A stretch of DNA of 43,102 bases from Nemertoderma westbladi (taxonomy: Eukaryota; Animalia; Xenacoelomorpha), in NCBI GenBank assembly GCA_032718475.1, contig JAUCBJ010006384.1, forward strand, positions 1 to 43,102, in the 5' to 3' direction. The stretch's first letter is position 1, and every line of letters begins with the position of its first letter. This document shows, in pieces, positions 11,445 to 25,900 of the stretch. The notes below the pieces were generated by a model. The model made no database searches and had not been told where the DNA came from. It worked only from the letters and a program-made list of their open reading frames with translations. Made by a program: the position numbers and the translations under genes.

Positions 11445-11565
11445 GTAAGTTACCATGCCAACCGCGGTCACTGTCCCACAGTAAGTTACCATGCCAACCG
11501 CGGTCACTGTCCCACAGTAAGTTACCATGCCAACCGCGGTCACTGTCCCACAGTAAGTTACCATG
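11412..11565 (+). repeat. 36-bp tandem repeat AGTTACCATGCCAACCGCGGTCACTGTCCCACAGTA, 4.3 copies, exon C 3' end plus donor
   Basis: Four identical units from 11412. Each junction recreates CA|GTAAGT. Confidence 0.95.
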
Positions 11566-11741
11566 TCAACAAGATTTTATATATTTTTTACTTTGTCCGG
11601 GATCCATATTGTCCTATATATCCACCTAGATTATACCTATATACGTATACCTAGTAGCTATGGTAACCTATTCTAAAGTCATGGGGCATGGGCAACATTA
11701 AATAGTCTGTCCAGGATTTGGAAGTTACATAGAATACATCG

Positions 11742-11996
11742 GAAATTTAAAAGGGGAGGGGGGGGGGGGTAACCCTTCGGTTTTTCGTTATTTTGTACAT
11801 GTCTGCAATGTGGTTGAAAAATGCGTAGAAAACGATATACCATCAGAAAGAGGATCATCAAAAGTAAATAACGAATAAATAACGAACCCCCCCCCCCCGA
11901 TTTGGTATCGTTACATAACATAACTATTTTTATTAAAGGGCGTTATTTGCCCAGTTATTTAACCCAGGGCAGTAAAATCCTGGGCAAATAACTCCC
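11742..11996. repeat. Short inverted repeats, probable MITE remnants
   Basis: G-run...TTCGTTATTT (~11752-11793) pairs with AAATAACGAA-C-run (~11877-11898). GGGCGTTATTTGCCCAG (11938-11954) pairs with CTGGGCAAATAACTCCC (11980-11996). Confidence 0.45.
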
Positions 11997-12894
11997 TAAC
12001 TGGTTAATAAACATGTTATTACACACTTTAAATATAACTTTATATGTTGCCGTTATATTTCTTCCAGTTACCCAACCACAACCGCTTCACCGCGTGTAGC
12101 AATTAAAAATTTCTAAAAGGGTTTTGTTTGGGGGCTGAGATATTAAAATGGGGCGTGGAATTTTTGGGGGGATTAATAACTATTAATATTTATTTATTAC
12201 ACTATACATAAACTATATATTAAGTTATATTAAAATTGCAGCCAATCAAAAGCCAGATATTCATTTTTAATGGGATTACCATATCCACAGCCACCACCAT
12301 CTCGTTTTACTAACGGAAACTGTTTTACATATCCGTACCTTATATTTTATAAGGTTGAAAGTTACAAAATTAACATATTCTAGGTTGAAGTAAATTATTG
12401 TACAGTAGGTTAGTCTCTAACATAACCGATCGGATATTCATGTATTATGCGACATGGGTCCGAAATGAATGTGTCTGTTGCAGGCAGAAAATTGAATACT
12501 GTAGTGCAAACTACTTTTGCTGATTTTCCGGTATCTGAACACTGGGGCAGGGGTGTAAACGCTATGCCGACAACTGACAACCAAAACCGACAACCATTAT
12601 TGACGCTAATTAATGTTAATTATAAATTGAGGTAAAGGAGCATATTACAGCGGAATGTATTCTAACCAAAACAATAACCGAGAGTCATGATAATAGGTTA
12701 CAGTTTCGTATTTGTCGTTGTCGGCAGTAGTGGTTTGTCGGGTGTCGGATGTTTGCGTAAGGTTTACTCCCTTCGGGCGGTCCTCTGAGGTTTGATGAGA
12801 TTGGCAGTGGGGTGTAAAGTAATGGCAAAATTTCTTGAACACCGTAAGTCTAAACTTCTAAAGGTAACTTAGATCTGAAAGTATAGTAGGCCTG

Positions 12895-13317
12895 AGTGTC
12901 TGAGTCTGTACTCCCAGATATTCCCATTGGCGATATCTCCTTTGCAGAAGTGAAGGCTGCTGCAAAGAGCATTAAGACCAATCGAGCTAGTGGAGTAGAT
13001 GGTGTTCCCCCTGAGGTCTTTAAAATACCTGAGTGTTTAAAGCTCATCTATCCCATCATAGTAGACATGTCGATCTAGACATGTTGATCTCGACATGTCG
13101 ATCTAGACATGTTGATCTCGATCTTTCCATGATTTGGAAGTCACCGAGAATTAATCGAAAACTTAAGTGCCGATTATTTAGAGCAGCAGTAGTTCCAGTT
13201 AGAAAATGTCATGGGTGATAGGGAGTTGTGGCGGCGCAATTTTGTCGACAAGCCGGCACAGCATTCTTAAAAATGCAGCTGCAATGCAGCATGCCGATCC
13301 TAGTAGTAGTAGTAGTT
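12895..13317 (+). mobile_element. Second RTE-like LINE copy, internally deleted, with (AGT)n 3' tail
   Basis: 12930-13070 closely matches the reverse complement of ~2815-2955 (IKTNRASGVDGVPPEVFKIPECLKLIYPIIVDM). It then jumps to a C-terminal-like segment IWKSPRINRKLKCRLFRAAVVPV, then DRELWRR, and a TAGTAGTAG tail at ~13301-13317. Confidence 0.8.
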
Positions 13318-13812
13318 TAGTAGGCCTACCAGAGTTAAGGTACCGGCTATAATACCAGAATATGGGTATACACCTTTCAGATTCATTAAAACTGCAGACT
13401 GGCTGAAATTAAAATACCAGTAACTACTAGCACTAGGCCTACCGAAACACCTGCCCACTTATCTAGTCAGTCAGTCAATAATATTATTGTGAGATTGCGA
13501 ACTCAAACTACTGCTACATATTGAACAAGCTGTTAGGCCTATCAATATACAGATACATAGGAATGTACCAGATACCTGATATCATTATAGCATCTTCACC
13601 TTCAGATACCGGTACCGGTAGTAGAATTGAAATTTAATACTGAAAGTAACTAAATAACAACTTATTTGGCCCTATGGCAGAAAGTGATATTTTTGTTAAG
13701 GATATACATTAAAGTGATATATTGCCCGATTAAAAGTGTATAATAACATAATTAATCATACAAACATTCATTACCAATAAATATTATTATAGTTATAATT
13801 TATTCGTTTTAG

Positions 13813-13940
13813 GGAAAGAACTCGGGAAGCTGATTACAGTAGCAGCGACAACGAAGATCGTAGTTTCAGTTTACCTGTAGCTCCTCAGTTGCAAAATCAA
13901 CACACATACAAACCGATCCAAGTCCATCTCCCCTCCTATG
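13813..13940 (+). CDS. RBM25: RBM25-like internal exon D (ERTREADYSSSDNEDRSFSLPVAPQLQNQHTYKPIQVHLPSY)
   Basis: Acceptor TTCGTTTTAG, donor ATG|GTTAGT. Enters in phase 2, exits in phase 1, open and compatible with exons C and E. Confidence 0.72.
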
Positions 13941-13991
13941 GTTAGTAGATCAAACCAATAATGTAATCATCGGCAATAAATGTTAACAAAT

Positions 13992-16900
13992 TTCCCTAGT
14001 TACCATCTGATCCCCTGGGTTGTCATCTGCCTCATCTGCTTCCCTCGGTTATCATCTGATTCCCTTTTTTATCATCTGATTCCCTTTGTTATCATCTGAT
14101 TCCCTTTGTTTTCATCTGATTCCCTTTGTTATCATCTGATTCCCTTTGTTTTCATCTGATTCCCTTTGTTATCATCTGATTCCCTTTGTTATCATCTGAT
14201 TCCCTTTGTTATCATCTGATTCCCTTTGTTTTCATCTGATTCCCTTTGTTATCATCTGATTCCCTTTGTTATCATCTGATTCCCTTTGTTATCATCTGAT
14301 TCCCTTTGTTATCATCTGATTCCCTTTGTTATCATCTGATTCCCTTTGTTATCATCTGATTCCCTCGGTTATCATCTGATTCCCTTTGTTATCATCTGAT
14401 TCCCTTTGTTATCATCTGATTCCCTTTGTTATCATCTGATTCCCTTTGTTATCATCTGATTCCCTTTGTTATCATCTGATTCCCTTTGTTATCATCTGAT
14501 TCCCTTTGTTATCATCTGATTCCCTTTGTTATCATCTGATTCCCTTTGTTATCATCTGATTCCCTTTGTTATCATCTGATTCCCTTTGTTATCATCTGAT
14601 TCCCTCGGTTACCATCTGATTCCCTTTGTTATCATCTGATTCCCTTTGTTATCATCTGATTCCCTTTGTTATCATCTGATTCCCTTTGTTATCATCTGAT
14701 TCCCTTTGTTATCATCTGATTCCCTTTGTTATCATCTGATTCCCTTTGTTATCATCTGATTCCCTTTGTTATCATCTGATTCCCTCGGTTACCATCTGAT
14801 TCCCTTTGTTATCATCTGATTCCCTCGGTTACCATCTGATTCCCTTTGTTATCATCTGATTCCCTTTGTTATCATCTGATTCCCTTTGTTATCATCTGAT
14901 TCCCTTTGTTATCATCTGATTCCCTTTGTTATCATCTGATTCCCTTTGTTATCATCTGATTCCCTTTGTTATCATCTGATTCCCTCGGTTACCATCTGAT
15001 TCCCTTTGTTATCATCTGATTCCCTTTGTTATCATCTGATTCCCTTTGTTATCATCTGATTCCCTTTGTTATCATCTGATTCCCTTTGTTATCATCTGAT
15101 TCCCTTTGTTATCATCTGATTCCCTTTGTTATCATCTGATTCCCTCGGTTACCATCTGATTCCCTTTGTTATCATCTGATTCCCTCGGTTACCATCTGAT
15201 TCCCTTTGTTATCATCTGATTCCCTTTGTTATCATCTGATTCCCTTTGTTATCATCTGATTCCCTTTGTTATCATCTGATTCCCTTTGTTATCATCTGAT
15301 TCCCTTTGTTATCATCTGATTCCCTTTGTTATCACCTGATTCCCTTTGTTATCATCTGATTCCCTTTGTTATCATCTGATTCCCTTTGTTATCATCTGAT
15401 TCCCTTTGTTATCATCTGATTCCCTTTGTTATCATCTGATTCCCTTTGTTATCATCTGATTCCCTTTGTTATCATCTGATTCCCTCGGTTACCATCTGAT
15501 TCCCTTTGTTATCATCTGATTCCCTTTGTTATCATCTGATTCCCTTTGTTATCATCTGATTCCCTTTGTTATCATCTGATTCCCTTTGTTATCATTTGAT
15601 TCCCTTTGTTATCATCTGATTCCCTTTGTTATCATCTGATTCCCTTTGTTATCATCTGATTCCCTTTGTTATCATCTGATTCCCTTTGTTATCATCTGAT
15701 TCCCTCGGTTACCATCTGATTCCCTCGGTTACCATCTGATTCCCTCGGTTACCATCTGATTCCCTCGGTTACCATCTGATTCCCTCGGTTACCATCTGAT
15801 TCCCTTTGTTATCATCTGATTCCCTTTGTTATCATCTGATTCCCTCGGTTATCATCTGATTCCCTCGGTTATCATCTGATTCCCTTTGTTATCATCTGAT
15901 TCCCTTTGTTATCATCTGATTCCCTTTGTTATCATCTGATTCCTTTTGTTATCATCTGATTCCCTTTGTTATCATCTGATTCCCTTTGTTATCATCTGAT
16001 TCCCTTTGTTATCATCTGATTCCCTTTGTTATCATCTGATTCCCTTTGTTATCATCTGATTCCCTTTGTTATCATCTGATTCCCTCGGTTACCATCTGAT
16101 TCCCTTTGTTATCATCTGATTCCCTTTGTTATCATCTGATTCCCTTTGTTATCATCTGATTCCCTTTGTTATCATCTGTTTCCCTTTGTTATCATCTGAT
16201 TCCCTTTGTTATCATCTGATTCCCTTTGTTATCATCTGATTCCCTTTGTTATCATCTGATTCCCTTTGTTACCATCTGATTCCCTTTGTTACCATCTGAT
16301 TCCCTTTGTTATCATCTGATTCCCTTTGTTATCATCTGATTCCCTTTGTTATCATCTGATTCCCTTTGTTATCATCTGATTCCCTTTGTTATCATCTGAT
16401 TCCTTTTGTTATCATCTGATTCCCTTTGTTATCATCTGATTCCCTTTGTTATCATCTGATTCCCTTTGTTATCATCTGATTCCCTTTGTTATCATCTGAT
16501 TCCCTTTGTTATCATCTGATTCCCTTTGTCATCATCTGATTCCCTTTGTTATCATCTGATTCCCTTTGTTATCATCTGATTCCCTTTGTTATCATCTGAT
16601 TCCCTTTGTTATCATCTGATTCCCTTTGTTATCATCTGATTCCCTTTGTTATCATCTGATTCCCTTTGTTATCATCTGATTCCCTTTGTTATCATCTGAT
16701 TCCCTTTGTTATCATCTGATTCCCTTTGTTATCATCTGATTCCCTTTGTTATCATCTGATTCCCTCGGTTACCATCTGATTCCCTTTGTTATCATCTGAT
16801 TCCCTTTGTTATCATCTGATTCCCTTTGTTATCATCTGATTCCCTTTGTTATCATCTGATTCCCTTTGTTATCATCTGATTCCCTTTGTTATCATCTGAT

Positions 16901-19900
16901 TCCCTTTGTTATCACCTGATTCCCTTTGTTATCATCTGATTCCCTTTGTTATCATCTGATTCCCTTTGTTATCATCTGATTCCCTTTGTTATCATCTGTC
17001 CCTCGTTTATCATCTGATTCCCTTTGTTATCATCTGATTCCCTTTGTTATCATCTGATTCCTTTTGTTATCATCTGATTCCCTTTGTTATCATCTGATTC
17101 CCTTTGTTATCATCTGATTCCCTTTGTTATCATCTGATTCCTTTTGTTATCATCTGATTCCCTTTGTTATCATCTGATTCCCTTTGTTATCATCTGATTC
17201 CCTCGGTTATCATCTGATTCCCTCGGTTACCATCTGATTCCCTTTGTTATCATCTGATTCCCTTTGTTATCATCTGATTCCCTTTGTTATCATCTGATTC
17301 CCTTTGTTATCATCTGATTCCCTTTGTTATCATCTGATTCCTTTTGTTATCATCTGATTCCCTTTGTTATCATCTGATTCCTTTTGTTATCATCTGATTC
17401 CCTTTGTTATCATCTGATTCCCTTTGTTATCATCTGATTCCCTTTGTTATCATCTGATTCCCTTTGTTATCATCTGATTCCCTTTGTTATCATCTGATTC
17501 CCTTTGTTATCACCTGATTCCCTTTGTTATCATCTGATTCCCTCGGTTATCATCTGATTCCCTTTGTTATCATCTGATTCCCTTTGTTATCATCTGATTC
17601 CCTTTGTTATCATCTGATTCCCTTTGTTACCATCTGATTCCCTTTGTTACCATCTGATTCCCTTTGTAACCATCTGATTCCTTCGGTTATCATCTGATTC
17701 CCTTTGTTATCATCTGATTCCCTTTGTTATCATCTGATTCCCTTTGTTATCATCTGATTCCCTTTGTTATCATCTGATTCCCTTTGTTATCATCTGATTC
17801 CCTTTGTTATCATCTGATTCCCTTTGTTATCATCTGATTCCCTCGGTTACCATCTGATTCCCTTTGTTATCATCTGATTCCCTCGGTTACCATCTGATTC
17901 CCTCGGTTACCATCTGATTCCCTCGGTTACCATCTGATTCCCTCGGTTATCATCTGATTCCCTTTGTTATCTTCTCATTCCCTTTGTTATCATCTGATTC
18001 CCTTTGTTATCATCTGATTCCTTTTGTTATCATCTGATTCCCTTTGTTATCATCTGATTCCCTTTGTTATCATCTGATTCCCTTTGTTATCATCTGATTC
18101 CCTTTGTTATCATCTGATTCCCTTTGTTATCATCTGATTCCCTTTGTTATCATCTGATTCCCTTTGTTATCATCTGATTCCCTTTGTTATCATCTGATTC
18201 CCTTTTTTATCATCTGATTCCCTTTGTTACCATCTGATTCCCTTTGTTACCATCTGATTCCCTCGGTTACCATCTGATTCCCTCGGTTACCATCTGATTC
18301 CCTCGGTTACCATCTGATTCCCTTTGTTATCATCTGATTCCCTCGGTTACCATCTGATTCCCTTTGTTATCATCTGATTCCCTTTGTTATCATCTGATTC
18401 CCTTTGTTATCATCTGATTCCCTTTGTTATCATCTGATTCCCTTTGTTATCATCTGATTCCCTTTGTTATCATCTGATTCCCTCGGTTACCATCTGATTC
18501 CCTCGGTTACCATCTGATTCCCTCGGTTACCATCTGATTCCCTCGGTTACCATCTGATTCCCTCGGTTACCATCTGATTCCCTCGGTTACCATCTGATTC
18601 CCTCGGTTACCATCTGATTCCCTCGGTTACCATCTGATTCCCTTTGTTATCATCTGATTCCCTTTGTTATCATCTGATTCCCTCGGTTATCATCTGATTC
18701 CCTCGGTTATCATCTGATTCCCTTTGTTATCATCTGATTCCCTTTGTTATCATCTGATTCCCTTTGTTATCATCTGATTCCTTTTGTTATCATCTGATTC
18801 CCTTTGTTATCATCTGATTCCCTTTGTTATCATCTGATTCCCTTTGTTATCATCTGATTCCCTTTGTTATCATCTGATTCCCTTTGTTACCATCTGATTC
18901 CCTCGGTTACCATCTGATTCCCTCGGTTACCATCTGATTCCCTCGGTTACCATCTGATTCCCTCGGTTATCATCTGATTCCCTTTGTTATCTTCTCATTC
19001 CCTTTGTTATCATCTGATTCCCTTTGTTATCATCTGATTCCTTTTGTTATCATCTGATTCCCTTTGTTATCATCTGATTCCCTTTGTTATCATCTGATTC
19101 CCTTTGTTATCATCTGATTCCCTTTGTTATCATCTGATTCCCTTTGTTATCATCTGATTCCCTTTGTTATCATCTGATTCCCTTTGTTATCATCTGATTC
19201 CCTTTGTTATCATCTGATTCCCTTTTTTATCATCTGATTCCCTTTGTTACCATCTGATTCCCTTTGTTACCATCTGATTCCCTCGGTTACCATCTGATTC
19301 CCTCGGTTACCATCTGATTCCCTCGGTTACCATCTGATTCCCTTTGTTATCATCTGATTCCCTCGGTTACCATCTGATTCCCTTTGTTATCATCTGATTC
19401 CCTTTGTTATCATCTGATTCCCTTTGTTATCATCTGATTCCCTTTGTTATCATCTGATTCCCTTTGTTATCATCTGATTCCCTTTGTTATCATCTGATTC
19501 CCTCGGTTACCATCTGATTCCCTCGGTTACCATCTGATTCCCTCGGTTACCATCTGATTCCCTCGGTTACCATCTGATTCCCTCGGTTACCATCTGATTC
19601 CCTTTGTTATCATCTGATTCCCTTTGTTATCATCTGATTCCCTCGGTTATCATCTGATTCCCTCGGTTATCATCTGATTCCCTTTGTTATCATCTGATTC
19701 CCTTTGTTATCATCTGATTCCCTTTGTTATCATCTGATTCCTTTTGTTATCATCTGATTCCCTTTGTTATCATCTGATTCCCTTTGTTATCATCTGATTC
19801 CCTTTGTTATCATCTGATTCCCTTTGTTATCATCTGATTCCCTTTGTTATCATCTGATTCCCTTTGTTATCATCTGATTCCCTCGGTTACCATCTGATTC

Positions 19901-22900
19901 CCTTTGTTATCATCTGATTCCCTTTGTTATCATCTGATTCCCTTTGTTATCATCTGATTCCCTTTGTTATCATCTGTTTCCCTTTGTTATCATCTGATTC
20001 CCTTTGTTATCATCTGATTCCCTTTGTTATCATCTGATTCCCTTTGTTATCATCTGATTCCCTTTGTTACCATCTGATTCCCTTTGTTACCATCTGATTC
20101 CCTTTGTTATCATCTGATTCCCTTTGTTATCATCTGATTCCCTTTGTTATCATCTGATTCCCTTTGTTATCATCTGATTCCCTTTGTTATCATCTGATTC
20201 CTTTTGTTATCATCTGATTCCCTTTGTTATCATCTGATTCCCTTTGTTATCATCTGATTCCCTTTGTTATCATCTGATTCCCTTTGTTATCATCTGATTC
20301 CCTTTGTTATCATCTGATTCCCTTTGTCATCATCTGATTCCCTTTGTTATCATCTGATTCCCTTTGTTATCATCTGATTCCCTTTGTTATCATCTGATTC
20401 CCTTTGTTATCATCTGATTCCCTTTGTTATCATCTGATTCCCTTTGTTATCATCTGATTCCCTTTGTTATCATCTGATTCCCTTTGTTATCATCTGATTC
20501 CCTTTGTTATCATCTGATTCCCTTTGTTATCATCTGATTCCCTTTGTTATCATCTGATTCCCTCGGTTACCATCTGATTCCCTTTGTTATCATCTGATTC
20601 CCTTTGTTATCATCTGATTCCCTTTGTTATCATCTGATTCCCTTTGTTATCATCTGATTCCCTTTGTTATCATCTGATTCCCTTTGTTATCATCTGATTC
20701 CCTTTGTTATCACCTGATTCCCTTTGTTATCATCTGATTCCCTTTGTTATCATCTGATTCCCTTTGTTATCATCTGATTCCCTTTGTTATCATCTGTCCC
20801 TCGTTTATCATCTGATTCCCTTTGTTATCATCTGATTCCCTTTGTTATCATCTGATTCCTTTTGTTATCATCTGATTCCCTTTGTTATCATCTGATTCCC
20901 TTTGTTATCATCTGATTCCCTTTGTTATCATCTGATTCCTTTTGTTATCATCTGATTCCCTTTGTTATCATCTGATTCCCTTTGTTATCATCTGATTCCC
21001 TCGGTTATCATCTGATTCCCTCGGTTACCATCTGATTCCCTTTGTTATCATCTGATTCCCTTTGTTATCATCTGATTCCCTTTGTTATCATCTGATTCCC
21101 TTTGTTATCATCTGATTCCCTTTGTTATCATCTGATTCCTTTTGTTATCATCTGATTCCCTTTGTTATCATCTGATTCCTTTTGTTATCATCTGATTCCC
21201 TTTGTTATCATCTGATTCCCTTTGTTATCATCTGATTCCCTTTGTTATCATCTGATTCCCTTTGTTATCATCTGATTCCCTTTGTTATCATCTGATTCCC
21301 TTTGTTATCACCTGATTCCCTTTGTTATCATCTGATTCCCTCGGTTATCATCTGATTCCCTTTGTTATCATCTGATTCCCTTTGTTATCATCTGATTCCC
21401 TTTGTTATCATCTGATTCCCTTTGTTACCATCTGATTCCCTTTGTTACCATCTGATTCCCTTTGTAACCATCTGATTCCTTCGGTTATCATCTGATTCCC
21501 TTTGTTATCATCTGATTCCCTTTGTTATCATCTGATTCCCTTTGTTATCATCTGATTCCCTTTGTTATCATCTGATTCCCTTTGTTATCATCTGATTCCC
21601 TTTGTTATCATCTGATTCCCTTTGTTATCATCTGATTCCCTTTGTTATCATCTGATTCCCTTTGTTATCATCTGATTCCCTTTGTTATCATCTGATTCCC
21701 TTTGTTATCATCTGATTCCCTTTGTTATCATCTGATTCCCTTTGTTATCATCTGATTCCATTTGTTATCATCTGATTCCCTCGGTTACCATCTGATTCCC
21801 TCGGTTACCATCTGATTCCCTTTGTTATCATCTGATTCCCTCGGTTATCATCTGATTCCCTTTGTTATCATCTGATTCCCTTTGTTATCATCTGATTCCC
21901 TTTGTTATCATCTGATTCCCTTTGTTATCACCTGATTCCCTTTGTTATCATCTGATTCCCTTTGTTATCATCTGATTCCCTCGGTTACCATCTGATTCCC
22001 TCGGTTACCATCTGATTCCCTCGGTTACCATCTGATTCCCTTTGTTATCATCTGATTCCCTCGGTTACCATCTGATTCCCTCGGTTACCATCTGATTCCC
22101 TCGGTTACCATCTGATTCCCTCGGTTATCATCTGATTCCCTTTGTTATCTTCTCATTCCCTTTGTTATCATCTGATTCCCTTTGTTATCATCTGATTCCT
22201 TTTGTTATCATCTGATTCCCTTTGTTATCATCTGATTCCCTTTGTTATCATCTGATTCCCTTTGTTATCATCTGATTCCCTTTGTTATCATCTGATTCCC
22301 TTTGTTATCATCTGATTCCCTTTGTTATCATCTGATTCCCTTTGTTATCATCTGATTCCCTTTGTTATCATCTGATTCCCTTTTTTATCATCTGATTCCC
22401 TTTGTTACCATCTGATTCCCTTTGTTACCATCTGATTCCCTCGGTTACCATCTGATTCCCTCGGTTACCATCTGATTCCCTCGGTTACCATCTGATTCCC
22501 TTTGTTATCATCTGATTCCCTCGGTTACCATCTGATTCCCTTTGTTATCATCTGATTCCCTTTGTTATCATCTGATTCCCTTTGTTATCATCTGATTCCC
22601 TTTGTTATCATCTGATTCCCTTTGTTATCATCTGATTCCCTTTGTTATCATCTGATTCCCTTTGTTATCACCTGATTCCCTTTGTTATCATCTGATTCCC
22701 TTTGTTATCATCTGATTCCCTTTGTTATCATCTGATTCCCTTTGTTATCATCTGATTCCCTTTGTTATCATCTGATTCCCTTTGTTATCATCTGATTCCC
22801 TTTGTTATCATCTGATTCCCTCGGTTACCATCTGATTCCCTTTGTTATCATCTGATTCCCTTTGTTATCATCTGATTCCCTTTGTTATCATCTGATTCCC

Positions 22901-25900
22901 TTTGTTATCATCTGATTCCCTTTGTTATCATCTGATTCCCTTTGTTATCATCTGATTCCCTTTGTTATCATCTGATTCCCTTTGTTATCATCTGATTCCC
23001 TCGGTTACCATCTGATTCCCTTTGTTATCATCTGATTCCCTCGGTTACCATCTGATTCCCTTTGTTATCATCTGATTCCCTCGGTTACCATCTGATTCCC
23101 TTTGTTATCATCTGATTCCCTTTGTTATCATCTGATTCCCTTTGTTATCATCTGATTCCCTTTGTTATCATCTGATTCCCTTTGTTATCATCTGATTCCC
23201 TTTGTTATCATCTGATTCCCTTTGTTATCATCTGATTCCCTTTGTTATCATCTGATTCCCTCGGTTACCATCTGATTCCCTCAGTTACCATCTGATTCCC
23301 TCGGTTACCATCTGATTCCCTTTGTTATCATCTGATTCCCTTTGTTATCATCTGATTCCCTTTGTTATCATCTGATTCCCTTTGTTATCATCTGATTCCC
23401 TTTGTTATCATCTGATTCCCTTTGTTATCATCTGATTCCCTTTGTTATCATCTGATTCCCTTTGTTATCATCTGATTCCCTTTGTTATCATCTGATTCCC
23501 TTTGTTATCATCTGATTCCCTTTGTTATCATCTGCTTCCCTCTGTTACCACCTGATTCCCTTTGTTATCATCTGATTCCCTTTGTTATCATCTGATTCCC
23601 TTTGTTATCATCTGATTCCCTCGGTTATCATCTGATTCCCTTTGTTATCTTCTCATTCCCTTTGTTATCATCTGATTCCCTTTGTTATCATCTGATTCCC
23701 TTTGTTATCATCTGATTCCCTTTGTTATCATCTGATTCCCTCGGTTATCATCTGATTCCCTTTGTTATCTTCTCATTCCCTTTGTTATCATCTGATTCCC
23801 TTTGTTATCATCTGATTCCCTTTGTTATCATCTGATTCCCTTTGTTATCATCTGATTCCCTTTGTTATCATCTGATTCCCTTTGTTATCATCTGATTCCC
23901 TCGGTTATCATCTGATTCCCTTTGTTATCTTCTCATTCCCTTTGTTATCATCTGATTCCCTTTGTTATCATCTGATTCCCTTTGTTATCATCTGATTCCC
24001 TTTGTTATCACCTGATTCCCTTTGTTATCATCTGATTCCCTTTGTTATCATCTGATTCCCTCGGTTATCATCTGATTCCCTTTGTCATCATCTGATTCCC
24101 TTTGTTATCATCTGATTCCCTCGGTTACCATCTGATTCCCTTTGTTATCATCTGATTCCCTTTGTTATCATCTGATTCCCTTTGTTATCATCTGATTCCC
24201 TTTGTTATCATCTGATTCCCTTTGTTATCATCTGATTCCCTTTGTTATCATCTGATTCCCTCGGTTACCATCTGATTCCTTTTGTTATCATCTGATTCCC
24301 TTTGTTATCATCTGATTCCCTTTGTTATCATCTGATTCCCTTTGTTATCATCTGATTCCCTTTGTTTTCATCTGATTCCCTTTGTTATCATCTGATTCCC
24401 TTTGTTACCATCTGATTCCCTTTGTTATCATCTGATTCCCTTTGTTATCATCTGATTCCCTTTGTTATCATCTGATTCCCTCGGTTATCATCTCATTCCC
24501 TTTGTTATCATCTCATTCCCTTTGTTATCATCTGATTCCCTCGGTTATCATCTGATTCCCTTTGTTATCATCTGATTCCCTTTGTTATCATCTGATTCCC
24601 TTTGTTACCATCTGATTCCCTTTGTTATCATCTGATTCCCTTTGTTATCATCTGATTCCTTTTGTTATCATCTGATTCCCTCGGTTATCATCTGATTCCC
24701 TCGGTTACCATCTGATTCCCTCGGTTACCATCTGATTCCCTCGGTTACCATCTGATTCCCTCGGTTATCATCTGATTCCCTTTGTTACCATCTGATTCCC
24801 TTTGTTATCATCTGATTCCCTTTGTTATCATCTGATTCCTTTTGTTATCATCTGATTCCCTCGGTTATCATCTGATTCCCTTTGTTATCATCTGATTCCC
24901 TTTGTTATCATCTGATTCCCTTTGTTATCATCTGATTCCCTCGGTTACCATCTGATTCCCTTTGTTATCATCTGATTCCCTCGGTTACCATCTGATTCCC
25001 TCGGTTATCATCTGATTCCCTTTGTTATCATCTGATTCCCTTTGTTATCATCTGATTCCCTTTGTTACCATCTGATTCCCTCGGTTACCATCTGATTCCC
25101 TCGGTTACCATCTGATTCCCTCGGTTACCATCTGATTCCCTCGGTTATCATCTGATTCCCTTTGTTATCATCTGATTCCCTTTGTTATCATCTGATTCCC
25201 TTTGTTATCATCTGATTCCCTTTGTTATCATCTGATTCCCTCGGTTATCATCTCATTCCCTTTGTTATCATCTCATTCCCTTTGTTATCATCTGAATCCC
25301 TCGGTTATCATCTGATTCCCTTTGTTATCATCTGATTCCCTTTGTTATCATCTGATTCCCTTTGTTATCATCTGATTCCCTTTGTTATCATCTGATTCCC
25401 TTTGTTATCATCTGATTCCCTTTGTTATCATCTGATTCCCTTTGTTATCATCTGATTCCCTTTGTTATCATCTGATTCCCTTTGTTATCATCTGATTCCC
25501 TTTGTTACCATCTGATTCCCTTTGTTATCATCTGATTCCCTTTGTTATCATCTGATTCCTTTTGTTATCATCTGATTCCCTCGGTTACCATCTGATTCCC
25601 TCGGTTACCATCTGATTCCCTCGGTTACCATCTGATTCCCTCGGTTATCATCTGATTCCTTTGTTACCATCTGATTCCCTTTGTTATCATCTGATTCCCT
25701 TTGTTATCATCTGATTCCTTTTGTTATCATCTGATTCCCTCGGTTATCATCTGATTCCCTCGGTTACCATCTGATTCCCTCGGTTACCATCTGATTCCCT
25801 CGGTTATCATCTGATTCCCTTTGTTATCATCTGATTCCCTTTGTTATCATCTGATTCCCTTTGTTATCATCTGATTCCCTTTGTTATCATCTGATTCCCT

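Noticed and set aside
11367-11921. Short ORFs 11367-11564, 11378-11629 and 11679-11921
   Set aside because: Products of the 36-bp repeat or of G/C runs in MITE-like sequence.
12549-12771. Possible MITE with GGG.GTAAAC termini and CCGACA motifs
   Set aside because: The inverted match is short and degenerate and no target-site duplication was seen; too weak to call.
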